This document shows positions 26,285-41,322 of a DNA stretch of 64,000 nucleotides, piece by piece. The position numbers and the translations under genes are program-made. Below the pieces are notes generated by a model that was given only the letters and a program-made list of their open reading frames with translations, searched no databases and was not told the DNA's origin. This DNA is from Cercozoa sp. M6MM. Taxonomy: Eukaryota; Protista; Endomyxa: Ascetosporea. Numbering within the stretch: position 1 is the stretch's first letter; each line of letters begins with the position of its first letter. Location: NCBI GenBank assembly GCA_040357565.1, contig JBDODJ010000001.1. The stretch is one strand, 5' to 3'.

Positions 26285-28957
26285 TCACGCACAGCGCACA
26301 ACCAGCGCGAAAGCAGCGAAAGCAGTTTCAAAAGCGGCAAAATCGCTCTCGGTGGACACAACGACGCCGAATGGCACCCGCTGCAGCAGTCGCTGAATCT
26401 TCAGTTTCGTCTCGTCGCCCATAACGGCTCCTGGGTGCATGCGACGCCAACAACGCAGATTGACGACCAAGACGTCACACTCTTCCAGCTGTGCAACACA
26501 TGGAAAGGGTTTGCTGCAATAATTCAAGTGACATAGTTTTTCCTGTACCTTAGCGGTGTACACTTCGTCCTGTCGTCGTCGCAGGAATTTTCGTTCTGGT
26601 TTGAGAAGCCACGGAATTGCGTGTGAAAACGTCAGCGGTTGTGCAGCATCGGAGCTTTCCAACAATGCGAAGTTTCGCGTTTCTCGAAACAGTGTGGCTG
26701 CACGGAACCACAAGCGAAGCTGCTCCTTCTGTCATCACTCTCAGTCACAAAGGCACACTGCAAAGACAGGAAATAAAAAGAAGCACCCTGCCGCAGAAGA
26801 GTTGCGCAAACGATCGAACCGGCGTCGACGTTTGTAGTTTCTCCTGTCGGGCCGCAAAGATGCTGCGGATGATCTCGACTCCTTGCTTGGCTGTAAGAAG
26901 GCTAAACTTCAGGGTAGAAACAGAAAGGAAACAGCAAAACTACCGGCACGAGCAAAGCCCTGTTTCTCGTTCTGCTCGCGTTCCTCGCGCTCGGCTTGCT
27001 TTCTGCACAGAGATTAGTTTGAGTCAAGGTAGTCTCGGAATAAGGAAGATTACCGAAATCGATGCGCAATGGCCGCACGTTCGTTGACTTCGTCGATGAA
27101 GAAGTGTCGTTTCTCGCACTGCGACAACAAGCGGGCATTGCACGCAGCTTCTGTGTTCTCTCCTGCACAGAGACATCGTTGTCACTGGGAAACAGTCGTG
27201 GTCAAAAAGGACAAGGTACCATGGGCAACGGCGTGCTGAAAATGAAAACACAAGTGTCGCTCTGCATCGTGGAAACCCGGCAAATTCTCGCAGTGCACAA
27301 TATTTCTGTTGTCGGAGTTGTCAACGAATGCGTCCTTAACCAACAAATGCACGATGTCGTCGACATCAAGCTGGCTGTTTCTGCTGTTAAGTTGAGATAG
27401 ATGGACGTCGACGGGCTGCAACTCTTGCTTTCGACCCTCCAGCCACTGCTCTATATTGTGAGTTCAACAGTATTGCCCAGTCATAGGAAACTAGAGTCCA
27501 TTATACCTGGAACAAAGTACACGGCGAAAGGAAATCGTCGGACAGCGCGAACACTTTCGGTTTCTAAAAAAAAAGTCACAATAACACCAAAGGTGAAAAA
27601 CGGAGAAACAAAGAAAACAAACCAGCACACAGAGGCTGCTGAGTCAAGCTGTGCCGCACTCGTCGCGCGTGTTGTAGAGCTTCGTGGTCCTCTGCCAAGT
27701 AGAAGAAAAGAATCAGTCAGTTGGAACCAAGATAGAGACTCTACCGAACAGGAGAGACATGGCCGAGTCGCACAGGTCGGCGTGGCCAGACGAACGTCGG
27801 CACTGGAGAGGCGACAGGTGGTCACCGCGGATGGGTACAAGACGGTGACGACACCGACGTGTCTGTCGGTGTAGCCACACAGTGACGGTTTGATCGCGAG
27901 TAGTATACGGCATCAGCAAGACACGTGTGCAACGTTCCACGTGCGTGTCCAGTACACTCGTGAGTGTCAGGAAGGGCGGCAGCATGGGTGGCACCCGGAT
28001 GCCCGAGGTGTCAAGTCGAACCGCAGCCGGGAGGAAGGGACACGGCGCGTGCAACTGGAGTGTACACGACCTGAGAGGCACCACGAGTCGATGCGCGTGC
28101 AGCATGAGTCGACTATCGCTGTCGCTGCGATCGGCGTTGTACATGGCGTCACCCACGATGGCATGGTTTAGGTGCGACAGGTGTACACGCAGCTGGTGTC
28201 GTCTGCCCGTGTGGAGTAACAGTCGCACCAGTGTCCGCTCAGATGACACGTGCACTGATTCTACCACTGACCACACACTCACAAGGTACACAAGCACACA
28301 CTTTGCAACGTATGGCAGCGGTACATGTGACTGCAGACTTGGGAGGGTATGGGTGTCCTTTCTCGGGCACGCACTGAGCGTAGTTGGCCTCTGCAATACT
28401 CATGTCGCGTATACCGATCAAGACACACTGAGAGACTATGCGTACCATCCTTTTGTGCCAACGGAAAGTCCAACAGAAGCGAGTTTCTCGGTGTGTGCAG
28501 TATGCCTTCCACCAGTGCGAGGTACTCCTTCTTGACCACGCGCGCGGCGAAAGCCTCACACAGCTACACGCTATTTGATAATGAGTCCAAAGACACTGCT
28601 ACAAGAGTCTCTACCTCTCTGGCGGCATCTTTGGACAGTGCGAACACCAAAACACCACTATGTAGGACATGTCATGAACCAGGCAACAGTACTGGACAGG
28701 ACAAGAAATCAGTACCTCGTAGGTTTGTCCAGCTGGTGGCAGGGCCACACGCGCCGTTTCAGCGTGCTTTCAAGATGCTCACGCACGTCGTCGATACAAA
28801 GATCTACAAGCACACACGACAACACATTCCACAGAAACAACACAGGCAGGCAAAAAGAAACAACAACAACACCATGCGGTTTGTTTACAGCCACCCAGTC
28901 GCGCACTTGGGCAACAATCTCGACCATCCACAGGGGTATACCAGCGTGTGCACGCAA
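26285..28957 (-). CDS. RluA-family pseudouridine synthase (RPUSD1-like HQLD variant) with probable long C-terminal extension
   Basis: Motifs VAVNKPHG, CHQLDKPT-SGVLVFALS, VKKEYLALVEG, LHTGRRHQLRVHL, IVGDAMY and RLMLHA in 28000-28957. An intron at 27692-27744 appears to link this frame to downstream exons ending at 26285; the extension is less certain than the RluA domain. Confidence 0.8.
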
Positions 28958-29112
28958 GTGTAAGAATTAAATGATGACTAACTTAGCTTATAACAGGGCT
29001 AAGTTTTCTACCCTTGTCGAGAGATATTTGAAAACTGTTCGCACTGTACTTAGTTTTCTACCGTAACACGAGCAAGAGGACTGAGTTTTCTATCAGTTCA
29101 GGGCTGCTGCTA

Positions 29113-30055
29113 CTACTTACTGCGAGTAGTGCATTCTCTCGACGGCACGTCAGAATGAAGTCTCAACGGTCTCGAGCTCCTTGCTGCGCGGTAGCAGATG
29201 TGCGACTTCTGTAGTCTCGGAGGGTTCGACTCCACTTTCGCGCTCTTCCTTCTCCTCCTCGTGGTGACTGACCGCTTTCTGGACCACACTTTCTGCTTCC
29301 ATCTGTTCGCGCACCTGTCAATGAAGGATACAATCAGCGTATGGACTCAGGCATAACTGGTACTGTAGTTTAAATAAGTCGAACGTATTTGTCAGTTTAA
29401 AGGCGTACCAAACGGTGCTTCTGGTTGCCCTTGCCGGACTTGCGATCAAGGATGCGATATCGACCATGCTTAACCTGTAGGACACAATGTCCGCATCAGC
29501 TTTTTTATGTACTGGTAGCTGGAGCGAGAGCATATTTTAGGACAGGATTCATGCATGATCACCATGCTTGACTTGTGAGCATGAGGGCGAGGTTCCTGTC
29601 CGTGCGCAACAAGAACATGCTCCGGCGCGTGGCGCTCTTTGCGATCACGAGGCTCTTGATGCAGCAACTCACGACGCGGGGGCAAATCTTCCTTCGGCAT
29701 CTTTCGTTTTTCAAATCACGCACAGACTGAGACTGACTGGAATTATTCTGGCTCGGGTAGCTATAGATCACGCGAAACTCGCGAAAGTAAGCCGTGGCCT
29801 TTGCAGAGAGCGTTTCTTGCAAGTTTAGCTCCATTTTGGGTCCGACGCCCGGGCACATTCGGAGGTGAAACAGGTTCGCACGTGTCCAGATTTCGCTTTG
29901 ACTAGCCATCGAACTGCAACTGTAAGACATGCAGTTGCGTTGCACACACAGACACCCAGTGTACAGTAGCACAAGTAGAACACGACTCGAATGATGGCTA
30001 TTGGCTAGAAAACGACATGGTCGCAGAGTGCCTAGTTAGAGCCATCTCCGTAAAT

Positions 30056-30107
<52 letters not shown>

Positions 30108-30230
30108 ACAGAATCAGAATTACAACCGCAACAATCACAAGGACTGAATGAAGAGACCAAATATTCGCTTCAATCACAACACGATGGCGGTATCGATTAG
30201 TTTACCCGTACCTGCTGCTCCTGTAGTCAT
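29113..30230 (-). CDS. Hypothetical protein with N-terminal hydrophobic segment
   Basis: ATG at 30230, then a spliced exon encoding IWSLHSVLVIVAVVILILF, ORF 29559-29972 and an acidic terminal exon near 29.1-29.3 kb. Exon phases could not be fully resolved. Confidence 0.3.
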
Positions 30231-30543
30231 ATCTATGTTAGTTAGCGTAGTCAGTAGTGACTGGAATTAGTTCGGCGTCGGCTTCCAGTTTAGTGTCGGC
30301 CGAGGGTTGCAGTTGCTCGAACGCAACTTTCAGTTCACTGAATTCAAAGCAACTACCGTACGAATTCAGGTAAAATACGGTAGTGCCAGACATTTGCTAC
30401 GCTAGCGTATCCGTTTGAATTCGGTTGCGTTGATTATTCTTTTGAGTGACGTCCGGTCGCGTGATTAACTAGTTCGTTAGTTGAGTCTCATTCAGTCGAG
30501 TTAGTTGAGTGACGTCGCGTGATTAGCTACTGTAACTGAATGA

Positions 30544-34925
<4,382 letters not shown>

Positions 34926-35130
34926 TTATTTTTGGGAAAAGTCGCCACTTCCCCTGATCGAGCCCAGAAACTCTACGTGGTGTCTCTGAGGTGTGCTGCA
35001 GCCACTGCACTGGCTGTTAGGCCTTGAGCTTCTCTGAGGTAACCGGCGTAGCCATTTTCTCGACCTTGATCATTGGATGGCACAACGTTGGCTTCCCTAG
35101 AAGAGCAGCTGTGAACGAGAACAGTTTACA

Positions 35131-36088
35131 ATGCAGGTCCGCCTCGGTGCGCACCTGTGTGCGCATGCTCGGAGACGGACTCAAGAACGCGCTTTTTTCC
35201 AAAAGCTGTTTGGCCTGTTTTCGGAAAACGGCAAGCCGGAAGACGTCGCCAAACCACTCGAGGTACCTGTCTCTGTGAGGCACTTTTTGTTTCATGATGT
35301 TTCCCATCGCAGGTGCATGTGAACGAAAACGTCGATGCTGACAGCGTGGTTCGGCAGCAAAGAACTGAGGCGCATGACTCTGAGACGCATGACTCTGAGG
35401 CGCATGACTCTGAGGCGCATGACTCTGAGGCGCATGACTCTGAGGCGCAAGACGAGGTTAAGTCTGTCGAAAGCGCCGAAGTACAGGCGGCAGAACAGCA
35501 CGGGAGCGAAACGTCTCAGGCTGATAAAAGAAATGTCGGGAGCGTCAATTCTGACCTTCCTAACACCACGAGGCCATCAGAGGAGTTGTTGCTCAATTTG
35601 GCACAGCTGTTGCGCTCAAGGCAAGTCGACGAATGCTTGAAAGGTGCAGAGTTTGATCGAGACAAAATATTTGCACAACTATGTGGTTGACTTATGTTTG
35701 TGCAGAGATGCCGCTGTTGAAACAGCATCGTGGGAAGATAAATTCTATTAGAACGTCAGTGTTCGAGCTTTTTTTGGACGAGTTGAAGAACTGCGCGAAA
35801 GAGTACTTTCGCTGTGCTTTTTTTCTTGGAATTCTCGATGTTGTTGGTGTATCTATCCATGTGTGTGGACAGTTCGCACCCAGAACTAGCGTCCAGTATG
35901 CAGCTCGTTCAAAACTGTATGCTATACGGGCTTGTGCGATCTGTACCTTCGATAGCACCGCACCGCTCGTCTTTTTGAAAAAGCGTTTCATCTTCTTATG
36001 TTTGTAGACTTACCGCGGTAAGAAGCGTATTCAAGAGAAGATTCTCGATACTCTTCATTTCTGCAGCTTGGTACCTTCGAGCGCTCCG

Positions 36089-36142
<54 letters not shown>

Positions 36143-36978
36143 TGTGTGTGTGTGTGTGTGTTCTCTGCTTTTATCTGTGGCTTTAGACTGAGTTGGACTA
36201 CCTGGAGCATCTGCACTCTTTGCTTTTGCATCAGTTGGTAATTACTTATCGACTGAGTCCTTATCTGACTTGACAACTTCGTTTTTTTTTTGCACAGACA
36301 ATCATTGCGCGACTGGACAAAATCCTCCTCAATCATCTCGGTTGCCTGCTTGGAACCTCTCTCCGCTTGCACGAAGTGTTGAGCGCCCAGTCGATTGTTT
36401 TCGCTTGGTATATGATTCGTTTACTAATCCTGTTGTATGTCACTGTGTTGATGTCCCGACAGGGAAAACACTCTGTTTGATGAGGTGTCATCGCTCGAGG
36501 CGAAGCTTGCGAGCTTCAAACCTCAAAAAAATACCTCCTTAAACACTGCCGTCAAAGGTATAACTCTCCGTTCCGTTTTCCTTTTGATGCAAACTGCCAA
36601 ACACAGCGTCTGCTGTGCAGAAACGCACGAGTCGGTCGAGCAGCTGATCTCACTTCTCAAGAAACGTCAGCAGGAAGACCGCCCTGCAGACAAGAAGACG
36701 ACGGCGCAAGAAACCAAACAGGCAGCGAAAGCAGACACGCCAAAGAAGGACAGCGAAGTTGTACAGCTTGAAAAGCGAGTTGACGCACTCATGGAGGAGG
36801 TGCTGTATTTTCATCTTGTTAGACATCATCATATGCCCAGTATATTCTGTAGAACAAGGCGCTCAGGACTGTTCTGAAGGAAATGCAGCGCTACCTGGAG
36901 GCCGACCTGCAGCACCCCAAGTCATCCAGCGACCGTGGCGTGGCAAGGGCACGCGCTGCGGCTTCGCTCGCTGAATGA
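35131..36978 (+). CDS. Hypothetical coiled-coil protein with possible N-terminal targeting presequence
   Basis: MQVRLGAHLCAHARRRTQERAFFQKLFGLF... splices to ORF 35313-35690 and later exons (EVVQLEKRVDALMEE/NKALRTVLKEMQRYLE...). Divergent from TIMELESS. Confidence 0.5.
35385..35448 (+). repeat. Coding 15-bp minisatellite (CTGAGGCGCATGACT; EAHDS repeats)
   Basis: About five tandem copies starting near 35365; they translate to EAHDSETHDSEAHDS... Confidence 0.85.
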
Positions 36979-37240
36979 TGCAACCTGATTGCATGCGCTG
37001 AAGTTGCGCCTTCAACACACGGCGAGTTCTAGCATCCGTCGCCTTTCATCGCATTGAATTGTTTGACACGCGACACAACGTAAATTGAAACCTTGAAACT
37101 TTGTATACATTATTAGATCGCGACTCGAGGAGTGGACGTCTCCGCAGCGAGCTACTAGTAGCGTACGGCGAATAAGTCCACAGACCCGACCAGCGCATGT
37201 GCGCGCAGTCAGTCACCGTCGCGTGATGCATGGACTGGCA

Positions 37241-39860
37241 TCAAAGATGCCCGAAACTGGCTGCTGGAAGATTGATTAGAACGCAGGCGTCGCACCTGCC
37301 TGGCAGTCCAGGCGTGTTTGCGATGGTGCCAGAACGAGAAGGGCACTGACCAAGCCTTCTTGCCGCGTGCGAAATGTATCGATATCCCAGCGACTTGAGG
37401 TGAATGGACACCTGATGAGCCAATGGAATGTCGCGTTCAGCAGCCAGATTAGATAGCAGTTCTGCAGGCGGGTTGCAGTTCTGCCGCATCAAGTGCAGTC
37501 TCCTTTTTCAACAGGACCAGATAAAAAAGAAAAACAATGCCTGCTGGTCTGCGCAGGCAGTCACACCTCGTGTCCAGTCAGCCAGAAAGCAAAGACTTTG
37601 CCTTGTTTCGCGTAAGACCTCATCTACGAGAACGCAACGTCCATGCCGTATTTGTCAGATACAAAGACGAAAGTACTGTCTTCAAGTGTGCCCTGACGGA
37701 TATCTTGCACGTCTCGAGGACCTGCACCATCTGCATCTCGATCGACAAAGGAGTTCCTCGGTGTGAGAAACGTCGCAACTACAGGCACATCAACCTAACA
37801 GCAGAAACACGATTATCCGTCCAGCACACACCTTTAAGTGTGGATGCGATGCTTTGGCACACCGAGCGACATCGCGCAAGGTCTGTGATGGCACGACTTT
37901 TAGCGTGACTTTTTCCACGCCTACAGACGGCACACTTCAAAACACACTGGACAAACGGCAAGAATACAGACCATCAGCAGTTGCGACGAATACTACGACA
38001 GGAAACGCATCCGACGTCAACCGGACCTTAGGGAGAGAGCATAACGAGACACTAGAGTTTTTTGACGTGATGGAAACGTACAATGCCCTGAACTGACGAG
38101 GGTAGCGGTTGCTTTGCCCAGTGTAAGAACTGTCAAACACAAACATCAGAACGCAATCAAATCCAACGCAGTACAAAGGGAGAAGGAAGTACCTTTCCAT
38201 TCCTGTCGAACAATCTCATAGTAGGCCTTACTGGTGCACCAGCGTCGATGCGATGCTGCAGAACTGCCTCCCAGTCGTTGAAAGGCGCAAGCGGCAACTT
38301 GACATATCGGTCAAGTCGAATCAATTCAGTTGGACCAACAACGTCGTAGCACTCGTGCAGCACCAACGAGACATCGTCGAGTGTTGTATCTAGCTTCTGC
38401 AACATTCCCATGATAGGCCACTCTTCGATACAGTTGATCTGGTCCAGTAAAAGAATACCGCTTCAGTCGAGTCGTGTTTGTGCAAGAAAGAGATATGGAT
38501 TGAGCTGGTGTCGAAACCGACCTGTGCCCTGGCGGTAGTTGAGCTTTTACGAGCCATCCAAATCTACAGAGTTGCAAAATGTAATGTACACAAACAGTAG
38601 CACACAAAACAGGCAGCGGAAAGGACACGGTACAGGTGAAGCCTGGCCATCATCGCAAGACTTTCGTGCGCGCGGGCTTCGCGACTGTGCGAGTGCTCCA
38701 ATCGCACTGTTTTCACTGTCAGTCTGGCGAACTGACACCGAGCTGGTCTCAGCTTCTTCGTTCTCGGAGTCACTTTCCAGACTGCTTGAGCCACTTGATT
38801 CCCCAAATTCAAAATCGTCGATTTCATCGTCGCTGGCGTCCAAAGTGAGTTCTCGCAAAAGCTGCAAGTGGCACAATTGTGTACTTTCGTGGCGACAAAC
38901 AGCATGCTTCTAAACGACTCGTACCGTCGTGATCGGAAATGATTTACGCGCGGTTCGAGGTTCAATTTTTATCATATCGTGATCGCAAACAACCTCGTGA
39001 TGAACAACCTTGTCGGCAACGGCTTTGTTATTGACGGTTCGGTCCATAATTGCTTTCACAACATTGAACCAAAAACCGTCGTCACACAAGTTTCTCTCTG
39101 CGCACAAACTCAAGGGCATTAATGATCGATTAGAACGAAGCGGTTATAAGGTACGAGGATTGTAGCCGGCATCGTATGTAAGCATCAGTTCGACACTGCG
39201 CAGACACACCACCCTCAAAAACAACAATGAAGCACGAGAGACGTTTCAAAAACAGAACAAAACACACGAGTTGTCGACGATGCATTCGCGTGTGGCAAGC
39301 ACTTCGTTTTGAGCAATCTTCCTGACACAATATGAATTCACAAGCGTGTGTAATGTACTTCTTCCAAACATCACCAGGGAGCACACGCACCTTGTGTAGA
39401 CTACGGGCAGTTGTGTCTCGCTGCAAACGAGACAGGGAATCGGCAGTCCAAACAGAGTGACGCACGTGGTAAACGTGCGAACCTACGAATTCCAACATCA
39501 AAGGAAAGCCAGGTGTTGTGTGTGGGTGTGTGTGCGTGTGCGTGTGTGTGTGTGCGTGTGTTTGTACAATGATTGGACGCTGCTTGAGACCTTTTCGCAT
39601 GCGAAAATCGCGGCAGTTCTTACCGGTGACCTGTGGATAACAAAGTGTGTGAGAGGCGGTATGAGGCAAGAGGGAGAGGTACCACGTGCTCATCGTGACT
39701 ACACAGTGGACAGCGCTGAGTGAGCCATCGAGAGGCGTACCACTTCGGCAGGGCGCGCTGTGTGGCCTCAAAATCGCCGTTGTTGAGCACGAGCAGTGTC
39801 AGGTAGGCATGGTTGACGTCATCACTGTGCAGTACGGGTGTATTGGCTTGTCTCTTGACA

Positions 39861-39906
<46 letters not shown>

Positions 39907-41142
39907 GGTACTTCATCTTCTCCCAGTTAGTGCCCATGCGTGCGCAGTGTATTTGACCGCAGACACAGCTGCGTGAAGCGTCAATGTTGGGGTAGACGCC
40001 TTTGTCGTCGGCCTTGCGACATCGCTATACCAGCAGAAGTGTAAAGGTCAGAGGGACTATCGCGTAGCGTGGTGGAGAACGAGAGTACACTGGCCATATC
40101 GGTTGCACGATGTTCAACGAGCAAATCAAGCGACACAGGCGGGGCATTGGGACTGCGTTTTTTGAGCAAGGCGAATGGGATGTCTGCACACACGAGCGTT
40201 GGTGCACATCCCTAGATGCAGGCAGTGGATATAGATACGATCGTTCCGTCCACCCGAGATGTGGCGCTCTTCCAGATACCTGTCTGTCCGCAAAACTTCG
40301 CTCACGAGGCCCAGCACTTGTCCTAACAGCAGAGGACAGAGGGGTAAACGATAAGAGAGGTTACACACTGGGTGGACAAGACACACCTGGCACAGGCAGA
40401 GGTTCGCCATCGCGCAGAAAGACACCTGAGGTCGAGTTGCTGCATGGCATGCATCCGTACAAGATTAAAAGGATCATAAAGGTATCATAAAGTGTAAGGG
40501 AAGAAGGATACTATTACCTCGGATTGTACGCAGGGTGGCAGTCGGTAAGCTGCCGTGCCTGCCACACGTGCAGATCGCGACGTGTTTTCAGTAGCTCAGC
40601 AATCTCGCCTGCAGACTCAGTAGATTAAAGATTACAATGCATCTTAAGTTCAACGCACACTTAAGCTTAGATTGATACCCATGAGACGGTACTTGTGACG
40701 CGCACGGTCACTAGGAGTGCTGAAGTCGCCAAGAGCACTCCGGAGAAAGCACTCCTCAAACAACTCCACTGCACTGGAAGCTGCCGCACATATATACACA
40801 TTACATATGTTAAACAAGGCAACCACATGTTTTATTGAGAAACCAAGCGGTACAAAAAGCAGCTGGAACACGCAGTGTGCGCAAGTGAGGCGCCACTGAC
40901 CCCAGCGCTGACTGCGCACGACGTCGCAACTCGGCAGGTGACTCGCACAGCACTAGTCTCGTGTATGCCTCTGCATGCGGCCTCAGCGCCGGGACTTGGG
41001 TCAATGACTGTCTGGAACACATTGAGTACCACTCGTGAAGTGGAAAGAATGGAACGCACATCCCGAAAGTCGTCGACCAATCGCTTGTGAAACGAAACGT
41101 CGTCATCACCGACGATCGTCGCCATGAATCGTCGCTGTGCAT
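37241..41142 (-). CDS. Hypothetical multi-exon protein; possible degenerate SET-like and ubiquitin-like segments
   Basis: T-rich GT-AG introns on the minus strand join exons giving HPAYNPSNSTSGVFLRDGEPLPVPGQVLGLVSEVL, VLATRECIVDNSVELMLTYDAGY, an acidic linker, and VVVFVATADGVEKVTLKVVPSQTLRDVAR. Domain calls are tentative. Confidence 0.45.
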
Positions 41143-41322
41143 TTTTGCAGTGCGCCGCAGCTTTTTCCGCGAACAGTACACGAGCTTACCAAGGAAAGCG
41201 TATCAAATTCGACAGGTGGAGGGGACGTCTCGAGGCTTAAACGACTTTGTAGGTTTAGACCTGCGTCCTCATAAACTCAATATTATCGTGTTGTATGATG
41301 AAATCAATTTGATACAATCAAC

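Noticed and set aside
29559-29972. Brix-domain protein suggested by GPKMELNL
   Set aside because: Only a short motif matches and the surrounding sequence lacks other Brix features.
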